Shown here: piece by piece, positions 24,459-38,460 of the stretch
Numbering within the stretch: position 1 is the stretch's first letter
Layout of the letters: the number at the start of each line of letters is the position of its first letter
Assembly: GCF_018977255.1 (NCBI RefSeq)
Contig: NW_024704743.1
Location: forward strand, 100,876,001-100,940,000
Source: Callorhinchus milii
Lineage: Eukaryota
DNA length: 64,000 bases
Reading direction: 5' to 3'
Program-made: the position numbers and the translations under genes
Notes under the pieces: generated by a model
Databases searched by the model: none
What the model was told of the DNA's origin: nothing
What the model saw: only the letters and a program-made list of their open reading frames with translations

Positions 24459-27400
24459 AAATAGTGGAACAGGAAATGATAAAGGGTTTCAAACAACAAA
24501 ATCAATTACTTTCAACTAAAACGATCTGTGGTTATTACATTGACACAGTGAAAGGAAATTGGATACATAGGTTAAATAGACTGATAGTCTATAATGTTAT
24601 TGCTATCCTCTATATAACTACATTTTACATTTCCAATATTTTAATTGAACATTCCTTGGTGAAGTTAATGTACTAAGTCCTACAACTTTTAATTTTCAAA
24701 GACAAGAAATAAATGCACTGCATTTACAACAGGAAATTTAAAATAAACATTGTTAGTAGTAAATTATTTTTAAAAAAATATGAGCAATACAACACATGGA
24801 GGCTGAAAGCAAAACATCTGAAATACCACTTTTTTTAATTATTAAGGTACAGATCTAACCTTTATTGTTAGTTTGGGGAAAGTTTTTAAACAATGGCTTT
24901 AGTAGATTGTTTCAGGTTTCATTTTTGTTTCCAAACATAATATTCATATGAGTAATTCTATTACATGTAAGTAGTTCAAGGATGTTATCCCATTGCCACA
25001 GTGATGTTGAAAGGCCAGCAGGCAGGATTAGCCAACAGGGCGAGTTGGTCGATTTCACATTCTCTGCAGGAAAGCAGATTAGACAAAACAAGAGCAACAA
25101 AAATAATCAAGTTGAATCACTGGCATCTCTGGAATCAAAATCCAGGTCGCAGTTTGGAGCCCAGCACAGTTAGACCTACCAGGCAGGTAAGATTGAATGC
25201 GCAAGGCTATGTAGTTAAATATATGTGCTTCTATTTCTTCTAAAATTAAATTCAGCAAGTATTTCATTGCTGAAATAATCACATTACCTACGTCCTCTAC
25301 TGGGGCTTCAAGGGCACATTGAAAAGCTGCTGCATGACTGACTTAATGCCAGCAGCAGATGGAGCCAAAAATAAAGCACTGCAAGGAGTTAAGAGCAACA
25401 GACTGCCTTTTATGTTCATTATACATGAAGAATGTGACATCTCCTGGCCATCAGAGATATGACATGATTAGAAATCCAAAACGAAACACTGAGCAGCGGT
25501 TCCTTTAACAAAAGCCTCACCTTTCTTTTCAGCACTCATTTATGTAAAATCTGCAGACTATAAATGCAGCAAGCCAGAGATTTTCCCACATCACATGTCA
25601 GACTGCTGCTTGCCTCTAGTTATAAACATAAAAACTGATAATTCTGTATTCCAGCTTTTCCAAGTACTGTACATCCAAACTACTATTTTACTAAATATGG
25701 CAATGTTGCTTAAGGTGCCCTAAAATTAGTCCATCCCAATATAGCTTTGCACACAGGTCATCAGAGACATATACAATGCAAATGAAAGTAAATATTTGTA
25801 CAGTTATTGGATTTCTGGGAGCATGCGTGTCGATATAGCCTTGAGCATTGCTCAATAACAACAACATCAGCGACTTGCATTTCTATAGCATCCCAGAGCA
25901 GTTAACAGAACATAACTAGCTGAAGTATCTAATCCACAAGAGGCAAGCACAAAACTAGGCAGAGCACATCAAGTCCCATCTCCAATCTCAAACAACGTGC
26001 CTTTTTTTAAAATGCTCACTTCATTCCTGTTCACTTTCACTAATTAAATCCATAAACAGAAATTGCAGCAATTTCATTTGCTTGCAAATTATATTCCCAG
26101 TCTTCACAACTGCTCGACAGAAAGGAAACTCGGCATCTTATCGTATTCACAATCAGTTTTCAATGTTAACCCATTACCTGTCTAGTTTATGGTGCTTTCT
26201 CAGCAATTTCTGCTTCCATTGAGTCACTGTACGTTAGCAATACCTTTGAACCACACCAGACGCATTTTGATCATCTACATTTTCATAATGCCTTTCACTC
26301 CAGGAAGACGGCTCAAGTTGCTTCAAGCTGCCCGGGAGCTTAGTATGCAGGTTATGTCACATAGCAGACACAAGAAATAATCGTACAAGTTAATTTGAGA
26401 ATATTCTACACCAATGTCAAAATTTTCAACACTGGAATGCCAGTCTAGATAACAGGGACTAGCTCAGTTTCTTTTCACAACGTGACAGATGATTTGAGAT
26501 AAACACATCTTTTTGTCCCATTGCTAACTGGGAACATTTGTCTGAATGTTTTCATATTAGACATAATGTTGAAAAAACAATTAGGTTACATTCTCAGAAG
26601 TGTTTCTAATTTGTTCCATATTACTGACACATTTCTAACAGAAACATTGAAAAACACTTTAAAAATGAAATACGAATGAAAATCAATTCATATTTTTTTA
26701 ATGCTTCGCAATGAAATTGATTAAAAACTTAAATACCATAGTACATCAGTCATATTATTTGTAATATTTATTTCATTAACTTTTGGAAATAAAATAAACC
26801 CAGCATTAAACCTTAGTAACTGAATCAGATCATTCTATGTAAAGAGATTACTGGTCTGGACACTCCATAAAATTGTCGATAAAGAAACTCTATGAGCTTA
26901 AGTTTTGACGTGAGATCACAACCTTCTGACACACAGGTGAGAATGGTACAACACAAGCAATATTGACACTTAATAAACAACACATCTCATAAGTAAACTA
27001 AAGATTGCACCGGATTGACTGTTGCATCATGTTATATTTGACCATAGGTTAGAAGATAAATATTTGTAAAATTCATGAAAATAATGCTAATCCTTGCATT
27101 TGATTTAGCACCTTTCAGTTGGAAGGACTTCTCAAAATCCTTCACAGGATATAGTGTCAACTGTAATGACAGCTCAATATAGATGGAGATATGACAGCAA
27201 AGTGGCAGAGTTGTAAATACCAGCAGGCAATTGGACATAGCTTTACAAGTCCCCAAGGGCTAGTTTTTCATTTTAGCCAATCTACCCAGGAAGATGAGGT
27301 AAGACGAAACTAGCCAAAAGAAATAGAGGGGAGGAAAATGCTTTTCCGAGCTTCACAGAAAAAGCCCTAAAATGAAGTTAAAGCATAAAATCTGTACAGT

Positions 27401-28084
27401 TATTTATTTACAACACAAAGACCTTTCACCAGATAAAGATCACCATTTGTTTGGTGCACAGAGGCAATCCATGGACACAATGGACCTAATGGCTTTCTTC
27501 CATGCTGTAAATTTCTAAATTTCTATGGTCTACACTGGGCAGACAAGACTCTTACTGGTACCATCAGATCAGAAGCTGTTGGGGAAATGCAACACTCTGA
27601 ATTGGTGCCAAATCTAAGCTGAACTTCCTTTTTACAACACAATTTAAACTTATATTGAGCCTTTCACATCAGGAGGATGTCCCAAAATGCTTGACAATGT
27701 ACTTTGCATTTTTGTGATGTGAAAACACTAAGAACTTAAATCTTTTTAATTCACAACACATTTAGAAACCTAAGTAATGATTCAACATTTGAAACATGGA
27801 ATTAAAGTGCTTTTTTCATCATTTTTCCTAAAATTCAATCAATTACCAACTGGTTAATGAGGCTATGCTCAACGTCAGAAACACTGAATGTCTGTCTAGA
27901 AAGATCGGAAAATCTACGGAGGAAGTTGTATTGTGAAGATCAATTCAAGTCATGAAATCTTCCATCTGTGTTCATCATAATTCAGATCCAGCGCAGTTCA
28001 AACTCTTCCTGGAGTCATGAAAACAAACAGTACTGTCCTACCTATATGAAACATTGGTGCCCTGTGGCACATAAAAGTTCAGGC

Positions 28085-28503
28085 TGGCACAGTTTGCAGC
28101 ACTCTCGCCTCTGAGTCAGAAGGCTGTAAGTTCAAGCCCACATCAGGACTTTGAACACATAGTCTAGGCTGACACTCCAATGAAGTGTTGGAAGAGTGCT
28201 GCATTGATAGAGGTGCCATCCTTCAGAAGAAATTTTAAATTGAGGTTCTGTCTGGCTCTTCAAATAGATGTTAAAGTGGCACTACTCGTAAAGAGAAGTG
28301 AATTTCACCGGGTGTCCTGACCAACAATCTCCCAAATAAAATTAGTCACTCATTATTTCACTTCATGACTGACTGTGGGACATCATTGTGCACAAATTGG
28401 TTGCTGTGTTCACTTACAAAACACAGTCACTGCATTTTACAGTGAATTCTTTTAGATGTTTAAGTGACGTGACAAGTAGCTATATCAAACTCAAGGTTAT
28501 TAT
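28085..28503 (+). mobile_element. DeuSINE/SacSINE1-like SINE, near full length
   Basis: gcactctcgcctctgagtcagaaggctgtaagttcaagccc head, tctaggctgacactcca, ccgggtgtcctgaccaaca, tail. Confidence 0.85.
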
Positions 28504-29423
28504 ATTACAGTATTATAAATATTTTCAATAGAAAAAGTTTAGAATATGCATAGGTAGGCACTGAGTTACAAAATCAATAGTCATTACTGCACACTAATAT
28601 ATGAGACACATGTTTTATAATGAAAAATTCTTTATAGCCATAATGAATTTTTTTAACATTACAGGAATACAATATTCAATTCCTCATTTTACCTGATGAG
28701 ATTCACCAGGACTTTATTGGATTGTAGAGGTCGACAATCAATCCATGAACAGACACCAAACTCTAGCTTGCTGCTTTATTACTGATCATAAAAATCAGCT
28801 CATCAGAAAATAAATTAATCACACTTTAGTTTTGTCAGTCTGAGGCAATCATTGAACACTGCTGTAAAATAATACAATTATTTTCAGAAGATTAGTACCT
28901 AATAGAAATGTATTTTTCCTCATATAACCAGAATTAATAAGTATATTAACGGTTCAATCAGACGCTACATGATTCCTGGATTATTGGGAAATGAACACTG
29001 CAGGAAAAGCAGGAAATCACATCCAATACAGATTAAGGACAATTAAAATCAACGATCCATTCAATTTTCTCTGCTTTCACATCCCATCCCAGTTTGATTG
29101 GGCCAGATGAAATTGTGTCAAACTGAAGTTTAAAATGCTACTGATTCACTTACCTAAAACTACAAATGACTATACATTTGGTCACACAGACTTGCTTTCC
29201 CAATATTGGTCCTCAAAATTCTGCTGAATTTGCAAACAGTGCGTGGGGTAAATTTCCAGCTGGGTCCAGATTTATGCTATTTAACACAACATTTCTGAGT
29301 TTGCAGAATTTGGCAAATTGTTGAATCAAGTTTTGACTTTTCTGTCAGGCTGGCAAGAGCCAAGGCTTGGGGACACCAGGATGTGGGTTGGGGTACTGCT
29401 AAATTTGACCTGCTAAAGCCTAT

Positions 29424-29740
29424 ATAATAATAATAGTAATAATCCTTGCATTTGATGTAGCGCTTTTCACGTCTTCTCGATGTCTCAAAGCATTTCACAG
29501 AATTTGCTGTAAAGCGAATTGATCGTATATTTGTGGGCGAAACATGGGAGCCAATTGCGCACAGTGTCCCACAAACAGTCGTGGATTGAAGATGACCAAT
29601 TTATTATTGTTTTGTTTTGGAGGGATTATTATTAGGCGTGTGGAGTAAGGAAACTTGCCCAAGGTTTCGCCCTGCCTAGAATTGAACCCAGGTGCCTCGC
29701 TTGCAAGGCGAGTGCTCTAACCACTGAGCTACAGGACTCC
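29424..29740 (-). mobile_element. tRNA-Ala SINE, short form, full length
   Basis: Head, body and tail match the other copies. Confidence 0.92.
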
Positions 29741-29751
29741 ATATGCCTATC

Positions 29752-29965
29752 TTGCCATTGAGGATACTATCTGGCAGCCAATTTGTACATAGCAATGTCC
29801 CACAAACAGCCATGAAGTGAATTATCAATTTTATTGAGTAATGCCAGGGGATCTTTAAAGTCCACATGAACAAGCACAAACAACATCAGTTTAATATCTC
29901 ATGGATAGACTGCACCTCCAGCAATGCAGCACTCCCCCAGCACTGTATCGGAGTGTCAGCCTAGA
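29752..29965 (-). mobile_element. DeuSINE-like fragment
   Basis: gcaatgcagcactcccccagcactgtatcggagtgtcagcctaga. Confidence 0.7.
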
Positions 29966-30139
29966 CGAGGAGAAATAGTTCTGCAAAAACTCACGAAGCT
30001 GAGGTTTGCATTGTGTCACAGACTGTTACATCTTGAACCAGAATAAGATGTATTGTTATATATATCCATTTCAAACTTATTACAGAAAATGAAACCCACA
30101 AATCCGGATTCAGTTTTACTACAAGAAAAAGAATTTCAG

Positions 30140-30362
30140 TCTGTCAAATGAGACGTTAAAAATGCAGTCCTGTCTGTGGCTATTCAGGGGAATGTTAAAG
30201 ATCCCATGGTGCAATTTGAAAAGAGAAAGGAGTTCTTCCCAATGTCCCAGCCACCAATCCCCAAATAAAATTGATCATTAACTTCTTGGCTGTTTGTGGG
30301 TCATTCCTGTGTGCAAACTGGCTGCCGTGTTCGCCTACAAAATACATTACTCTTCACAATAA
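30140..30362 (+). mobile_element. DeuSINE-like fragment
   Basis: atgagacgttaaa...gttaaagatcccatggtgcaatttgaaa...gctgtttgtggg. Confidence 0.7.
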
Positions 30363-31105
30363 ATCTGGGGTTCTACACAGTTGATTAGAACTATCACTGT
30401 ACCTGCTGCTCCCTGTGGGCTATGCTTTAGATGAGTGATGGCTACACAAGTTAACATTGACAAGGGAACCAAAGTAAAAACTTTCATCAGGTTTTCATAG
30501 ACACAACTCAGTCTACCAACTTAAAAATAGCTTGCATAACGAATGCTTTAAAAGGAACACAATGGCGATTTGAGATATCTTTTCTACTTCACTGAAGTAT
30601 GCATGTCTTACAATGCTGAAGATAACTCTCTATATGGCTATCATCCACCACGCTGCTATCTGAAACCCAAATTATTAACTCTGGAAGATAAGGTCATTCT
30701 CACTGTAATTTCCCCATATCCCAGAACTCATATATTACCAGATACTGAACGTGAATGTCAAAGAGGCAAAAAAAAACCACAGGCAAATTGCAACTCATGT
30801 CTCAAGTTTAGAGATTTCTGCTGACAAACTCATTATTGCCCCATCAATTTATTGGGTAATAAAGAGACAACAGCAAGTCAAATTATGCTGACATCAAACT
30901 ACAACAGGTTGCTCTTAACCTTTGAACAGGTGTAGCTGTCAGCCATAAACAATTTGATTATTTCTAAGAATTGGCTCTGCACTCAGTTTTCAGGTCAAAA
31001 CAGGATTTCGGGAATGTAGAATAGAGAATACTAAAAAGGCCAAGATCCCCACTTGGCATGAAATGGAGTCAGTCAGTTACTGTTTTAGTTTTGTCATCAA
31101 GACAC

Positions 31106-31169
31106 TTTAATTCAGCAGCAAAGCTATCGGTATCAGCACTGATATCAATTGTACTGCTGCTGAATTAAA
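31106..31169. repeat. 64-nt hairpin / inverted repeat
   Basis: tttaattcagcagca and tgctgctgaattaaa are perfect 15-bp arms, with an imperfect inner stem. Confidence 0.85.
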
Positions 31170-31949
31170 TATTTTAAAGTAACCTTGCGCTATAAACTAA
31201 TATCATCCATCTTAATTGATAAACTTAATTTAAAAGGTTTGAGCTACTGCATTTCCAACAGATCTCGTCCGTTTGAAATGCAAAGGGTCTGAGCTGTACT
31301 GTTTCAAAGTAAACCATGTCGGCTACAGTGAAACTCATATAAGTCACTCGCAGTGTGAGACTTTGACTCTGAAGAGATGCCAGGTCAGAGCTGAGGTCTC
31401 GTGAGTATTGTTTGCCGCTTTTTCCAATGACTGTGCTGTTTAAATGCTGTTTCACCCTATTGCCTATAATTCTACCAGAACTCCTTAACAGGAATAAATA
31501 ATTTGGCAAAATAGCAAGGCCAATAGGCCTTGATGATGCAGCAGTTTTGCAGACTCTCCTTTCACCCCTGATGTCGGGGCTCTACTGAAGCCCAGCCATA
31601 TTGTATGAAAGGTTGCCAACTGCAAAGATCCTACATATAGAGAGTCAGGACAGTTTAAAGGCAGATCCTAAAGGTAAGATTCTACAACCCAAAATGGTCT
31701 ATAGCTTGGCCTAAAGTCATAATCTTACTCAGAGAGGCAGGCAGGTGAAGGTTCGAAAGGTAGCTGGCGCACAAAATGGAACACGTTACATTGATGAAGT
31801 AGGAGCGGACTAAGAAGTGCAAATTATTTTGGGACAAGGTAGAGGAAGCATTATTTTGTTCCTGGCCCTCACTATCTTACTTGGGAGTCCCCTGAGCAGA
31901 AAAGTGTTCCTTTTCTGAATGTAGATGCTGCTCATTTGGATAATCCCAA

Positions 31950-32385
31950 GAACAACAACAAGATTATATTTGTATAGCGCCTTTCACGTCGGGGGGATGT
32001 CCCAAGGCGCTGAACATGCATTATAAAGTGCTTCTAGTTTTATAATCTAGTTGAAACTTAAAGAATGCCTTTTAGATCAAGAGGATTTCTTAAAATGTTT
32101 CAAGATGCTGTAGGTTACCCAAGCTGGGAGTGGGGGAAGCTGATGAAGGAGAGGGTGGGGGTAAAGGCAACCAAAAGCATAGTTGAAAAGAAAGGTGTTC
32201 AGGTGGAAAGGGAGGGAGGGGAGGAGGCAGAAAAATTCTGAGATCGAGTTTTAGAGATGTAGGCAAAAGAGGTTAGGAGGTCACAGAAGTAAGGGGGAGC
32301 AAGACTATGGAGGGCTTTTGAAGGTGAGGACCAGGATCTTGAACTGTATCCTCTGTGTGATGGGAAGCCAATGGAGTCGGTAGTA
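31950..32385 (-). mobile_element. L2 3' fragments
   Basis: Tail tatagcgcctttcacgtcggggggatgtcccaaggcgctg; KALHSLAPPYFCDLL. Confidence 0.75.
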
Positions 32386-32994
32386 AACCAGTAAATTTGG
32401 ATAGGCTGTTCCTTAATTACCAAACAAATCCTCAAAAAATCACTCACAACTTAGTCACATGTACCTTAAGTAATTAAATCACCAGTGTTATTGTACCAAT
32501 CCTAAGTGAGTAGCCTACATTTCCTCTCAAACAGCAGCTATCAAACTGGGCAGATCATAATTGTGTTCTTTGCCTAAATATGGTGTCCTATTTGTTTTAA
32601 TCAGTAACTAAAATGGCATTGAGGAAGCAAGTTCAAGTTTCGATTAACATATTCTGCAATACATTTTAATGTATCAAACCTTTGCATAGTGCCCAGATTT
32701 AATGGCTTTGCGATCACCTCTACAATATAGCTTATAAACTGGTAAGCCAGTGCTCCCACACTGAAATAAAGTACAGTTTAGAGAGTACAACATTTTGAGG
32801 CCATTCGACTTCAACATTCAAGACAATCACTTTCAGCTGTAATATCCTCAGCTGCAGAATAATGTGTTTTTTTTTTAAAAAACTCCCCATTCCTGCTGGA
32901 GCTGAAAGTGGAATAGTCTGTTTTTTTAAAAAACAAAAATATCTGAAAGGAAAGGGAAATCCAACAGGAAAACCGGATCTGTGTTTAATGACTC

Positions 32995-33145
32995 ATCCAA
33001 TTGACGACACCTCCAACAAAACAGTGCACCTCCAGCATTGCCCTGGAGTGTCACCTCCACTGTGCGAATTCAAAGGCCCAAGATGGTGCCTGAACCCATA
33101 ACCTTCTGAGTCAGAGGCAAGAGTGCTATCAACTGAGCCAGACTG
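32995..33145 (-). mobile_element. DeuSINE-like 5' part
   Basis: ctggagtgtca...gaacccataaccttctgagtcagaggcaagagtgcta. Confidence 0.7.
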
Positions 33146-35577
33146 AAGCAGATATAGCAGCTTCCCAACACATACTTCAACAACCCGTTGAAGTGACTTC
33201 AATAGTATCCTGATGAGTTGGAATTTGGCCATTTTTGCCCACTTCATTTATGATGTGGCCTCTGAGACATTGCATTGAGACGATTGCATTACAATAGGGC
33301 AACCCTGCATTTTTTTAAAAAAACGTGCACCTTTCAGTTTCGATGAAGGATTATGATCAAAACTCGTTCAGATGCCAGTTGATCTGCTCTGTACACCTAA
33401 AGCATTATTTATTTCAATTATTACGTTTTTTTTTACAACAAAAACAACATCAGTTAATGCTATTTTAATTCGATTTGCTAATATTTGTTATTCATGAACT
33501 CAATTGTTCACGCTTCTCAGTGGTTTAGTGTTAAGGTATTCCTAAGCTTAAAATCAAGAGCTCAGTATCCTGAAACGTAGGTTAATGGAAGCTTCAGCAC
33601 AATCAATGGTTGCCTGCCATTTACAAAAGCTGCATCGTTTAAATGTACTATTTATAGAACTCCCCTGCAGTCTACAGCAAATTATTCCTCCATAATACAG
33701 TAGTAATTACATCACAAAGGAGGTTAATACCTTCTTGTGGGCGTAGCAGACAAAGTACCCAGCACTGAGACGCTGGAGCTCTCTGAGCAAAGGTAAATAG
33801 AAAGCTACACTTCCATTTTTAAAGAGGGACCTTTCGAAAACAATGAAAGAATTATGATCTATTAAGCAGCCTTCTGGTTTGCTCAGTTGATCATTTGCAT
33901 GTATTTGTGTAAACAGTGACTGCTCAGGACAGCCGTTGGTTTGGAAGAGTCACTAAGCCCCAGAAGATGATTAACCCTTCTGCCAACAGTGACATGAACA
34001 AGCGTATGTTACATAGATATATATCTGTATGTATTGTTAAATACATTTATAACAACAACCTGCAATTACCAATGATCGGCAGTTTGGGGTTAATGCATTC
34101 TTCTTCACTCCTGGATTGGCAGGAAAAACCCATAAAGGTGGCAAGATTGCCTTTTTAACAGAAGTGGTACGCAACACACAAAACAGCTGATACCAAGGAG
34201 TGAATTCAAGGTTCTATCCTCACCTCTCACTTCTCTGAACTGCTTGGAAGAAAAATTCTTGCATTTTATAAAATTTCTCAAAACACTTAACAAGTAATTA
34301 CTGTTTAATATAGTGATTGTTTTTGTAGTCACACTTTAGCCTCACCTTTGATATTTACACCATCTGAAGTCCTCAACACTATTGTATTTATTAGATTCCA
34401 TACATAATACAGCAGAAATAAATACTGTAAATGCATTTCAAGGCTGCCCCAATAGCCCGAGCCGGTTCAGATGTTGAACACAGCATTCTATTGCATCAAT
34501 ATAACATTTCTGACATTTGTCTAAATAATTTACCAGAAAATAATACATGGATCAGCATAAATTCATGGAACAAAGTGACTTGCTGAAGAATTGATTTTCT
34601 TCTTGCAAAATTTTACATTAAAATCAATAATTGGCCTTAACATTTTGTAAAGGTTCATAAGATAGGAATTCAAAATCTTCACTCAGTTTTAGAAATGAAC
34701 CACACGGTCATGCTGTAGAATGCCTTTCAGATCACTTTTTCACATCAATATTTGCTTCTCGGATAAACTATCCATCCTAATCTCAATTTGCTATGTCCCG
34801 CTGTACACTTTAATATTCTTTTGTTTATACTTCACATCACTGGAAATGCTAGGAAAACCATCAGCAGTGTTTTTTTCTCTCACCTGACCATGATCTGAAC
34901 ACCACAAAGCATTTTCTGATAGTCAGACAGCCTATCAGCTGTCAGAGACTTTCAATCAACTACGGACAGAAATGTAAAGCATCAAATCGCTGAACACAAT
35001 GGGAAAACTTATTCTAAAGAAATCAGAAATATTGAGCTTTTCTTTCTTCATTTATAAAAGCACAGACACGATAGGCCAAATGGCCTCCTTCTGTGCTATA
35101 AATTTCTATAGTACTATCAAACAGTAAAGGGAATCTACTCTTAAAATGGCTCTCACCCCAATTCTTAAATTTTCTTTATGCAAAAACGCCATCCTTAGGA
35201 GTCCATTATGCATTCTTGACCAGCTGCCTTCCTTGGTATGGCATTTCCGTTGTCCTGCCAACTCATGAACTATCTTTCAAAACAACATCTAATCATCTCT
35301 CTGTACTTAACCTCAATCTCATTGCTAATCATTTATATATCCAGCTTTTTTTAAAAGGCGTTAATTGAAAAAGCATTAACTGTGAGTCAATGCAACACAT
35401 CCACTTACTGTGCAAGGAGAAAGAATGTTCCTTTTAATCTCACACCTTGCTTGAGGCCAGTTGAATTCAACCTACAGCATTACACGCTCTGTTACCTTGA
35501 AAGTATTACACTGCAGTCCAACCACTCAATTGAAGCAGATGATTTGGTCCTAGAAATTGAGTTGCAAAGGTAAGTTC

Positions 35578-35702
35578 AGAGAACTTGGGGAGGATACGTT
35601 TGCTATGGGGAGAGCGCAGGGAGTGGTAGTCATTTGGATAGCTCTTTTAAAAGAGCTGGCACAGACACGATGGGCCAAATGGTCTCCTTCTGTGCTGTAT
35701 AC
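35578..35702 (+). mobile_element. CR1 3' tail
   Basis: gatagctcttttaaaagagctggcacagacacgatgggccaaatggtctccttctgtgctgta. Confidence 0.75.
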
Positions 35703-36751
35703 GGATGCACATTCCACCTCACCAAGCCAGTCAGGAACCTGGGCATCTTGTTTGACCCTCAACTGTCCTTTCTCCCCCATATCCATGCCATGACCCACTC
35801 TGCCTTCCCCATCTCCGCAACAAATGAAGTCCTGTAGCCCAGTGGTTAGAGCACTCTCCTTGCAAGCGAGAGACCTAGGTTCAATTCCGGGCTGAAACCT
35901 TGGGCAAGTTTCCTTACTCCACATGCCTAATAATAATCCCTCCAAAACAAAAAACAATAATAAATTGGTCATTTTCAATCCATGACTGTTTGTGGGACAC
36001 TGCTGCCGCGTTTCACCCACAAATATACAGTCAATTCACTTTAAAGTATATTCTGTGAAGCGCTTTGAGACATCTAGAAGATGTGAAAAGCGCTATATCA
36101 AATGCAAAGATGATTATTATTATTATTATTAACATTGCCCGACTCCGCCAGAGGCCGCCGAAACCCTCATACACTCATTTGTCACCTCAAGGCTCGACTA
36201 CAGAAACTCCCTCTTTGTCGGCCTCCCCAACTCTTCCCTCCACAAGCTGCAGAATCATCCAGAACTGTGCAGCTCGTGTTCTCTCCCGCATCAGGCTCCA
36301 TGACCCCCATCACCCCACCCTCGCCCGGCTCCACTGGTTTCCCATTCATCAGGCTCCTCGTCCTCACTTTCAAGGGCCTCCATGACATTGATCCTCCTAC
36401 CTCTCTGACCTGCTAATCCCCTATCAACCTGTCCGCTCCCTCTGTTCAGCTGGCTCTGGCCTGCTCCATGTCTCCCGCCCGAACCACCCTACCGTTGGTG
36501 GCTGGGCTTTCAGCCTCTGCCCCCACCCTTTGGAACTCCATCCCGCAGCCCCTTCGCCTTGCTCCCTCCCTTGCCTCCTTCAAGGCACGGCTCAAGACCC
36601 TCCTTTTCGACTGTCTTCAGTCGCACTCATACCTCTCTGCCCTTTTGCAACCCTGCCGCCCCAAGCTTGTGTCCTGATCCCTGACTGTTCAGCACCTTGG
36701 GACGTCCTCCCAACGTGAAAGGCGCTTTACAAATGTAATTTTGTTGTTGTA
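35703..36751 (+). mobile_element. L2 3' part with nested SINE
   Basis: HLTKPVRNLGILFDPQLSFLPHI...IIQNCAARVL...LHWFPI...SFKARLKTLLF; tail gtgaaaggcgctttacaaatgtaattttgttgttgt. Confidence 0.9.
35827..36130 (+). mobile_element. tRNA-Ala SINE, short form, nested in L2
   Basis: Splits the L2 sequence ctccgcaaca|ttgcccgactcc; aaca appears on both sides. Confidence 0.9.
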
Positions 36752-37699
36752 GTATAATTCTATAATTCTATGATGATGTGATAGACAATAAGCCAAAATC
36801 AAATGAATGAGAAGTACTAGAAACCTTGGGAAAAAGGGAAGGTCACAAGTGGTCCAACAGGAGATTCAGGAGGCAGCCAAATAAATGAAGCAGAAGAAAC
36901 ATGGAACAATGGGATCAAAAATAGCAGTGATCCTTTTTACCACCAGCAGCAAAAAGCAGGCAGAACTGCACTTAATGTCAGCAAAACTACTGTAGAAAGA
37001 TTCATTCACCTCATTGCGCGAACTGAAATTACAACAATGCAGCAAATCAAATTAATCTTTAGGCTTAATTATAAGGAAAACAAATTCCTGCCCTTTTGTA
37101 ATGGAAAATGATGGAAAAAATGAAAGCAATAATTCAGCAGGGGATGTTAGTTAGCGATTGGACAAGCATCCAGATTAAAAAAGGTTGTATTCACATAATG
37201 GGGCAAAGAGCTCAAAACAGCATACTGTTGTTTGAGTTATAACACAGATTAAGTCCCCCCCACCCACCTCCATCAATAAATTCTATCAATCAGCTTGTAC
37301 AGGATGAAACTGGTTTTGGATACACTCAACATAAACAAGATATTAGAGGCGACTTATAAAGAGCAGGGAATTGGGATTAGGTTGCTTGGCTTCTTGAGGG
37401 GCAAACACTAATGTGAAAAAATGGGCCAAAAGACTTACTGTAGTAAAGTAAATTTCTATGGTTTGAAAACATTGGTACCAGAGGTTTAAACAGATCTATT
37501 TAATGCAAAAATGTACTATTTTGGAAAAGAATGTAGAAAATAAGCAACAAAGCTTGATTCATCCATGGCGCGATATGACTTTATGTGGTCATAAGACTCC
37601 AATGGATTTTTAGTCCATTACATTAACCACACAGCTGCTTTCCTTTTTTAAGGTAATGCATTTTTGAACAGCAAACTGCAAATATGTACACAATGAAGA

Positions 37700-38460
37700 A
37701 GTGTCCATTAGCAAATATGGAAAAAGAGAACAATTTGAGAGTGATTATTGATCAGTCATTGAAAGTTTCCAGTCAACGGGATGTCATTATCAACCAAAGT
37801 AATCAAGTACTTGAATGTATCAAGGGCAACTGACTAGTCATCACAAGCTAGTAAGCTTTGTTTAAATCACTGGTGAGGCCACTTAGTGAATATTATGTGC
37901 AATTCTGGCACTCTCCCCTCAAAAGGCTATCAATGTGTTGGGCAAACTTCAGCAAAGATTGCTCAGGATAATTACAGGATTTGAGCTCTATGGTCTGAGA
38001 AAAGACTCACAGAGCTAAACTGATTTTCATTGCAGAAGGATCTGAGGGGGAACCTGGTCTCGGGCTTCAGAATTCTGAGAAAAGTACATGGCAAACAAGT
38101 TAGCAATTTGACTAAAGTAAGGAGTTTTACTCTTATCAAGTCTAGAGTCTATTCGCTTCTTATCAGTAAATTTACTGACCCAAGCTGAAGAGTAGGCAAT
38201 TGCCACCAAAGGTCAATGCATTTACCACGAGGAAAACAGTAACTCCCCACATGAACACAAATTCCAAATTCACAACCACCAATGCAAAATTACAGATTAA
38301 AATAAATGTTCTTTCACACACATACCAAGAAGACTCCTGGATGAAACACACACTTCTTTACATTTTAATTTAATGTCTTGACAAAGATAAATGGGTATTT
38401 GGTGAAAAAGGAACTGAAGACTACAGGGATAAATGGGGTTAAATTGTCAGATACTCCCTG
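37700..38460 (+). mobile_element. CR1 ORF2 C-terminal region, old
   Basis: tttaaatcactggtgaggccac...gaatattatgtgcaattctgg corresponds to the CR1 motif YKxLVRPHLEYCVQFW. Confidence 0.7.

Noticed and set aside
27870..27980. C/D snoRNA (ATGATGA...CTGA, minus strand)
   Set aside because: No terminal stem or recognisable guide sequence
14944..28009. Series of minus-strand AG-preceded mini-ORFs (DESGQLKVKFLK*, ERKIEVQQSK*, LPGSLKQLEPSS..., EEFELRWI*) as alternative last exons
   Set aside because: No upstream coding exon or recognisable protein to join them to; expected by chance; RNA-seq would be needed
31262..31400. Possible plus-strand exon with an open frame between CAG and GTGAGT
   Set aside because: Isolated, antisense to the inferred gene, peptide not recognised
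33335..33420. Additional hammerhead/Penelope copy
   Set aside because: Only faint resemblance (cgatgaagg...aaaac); the core is not intact
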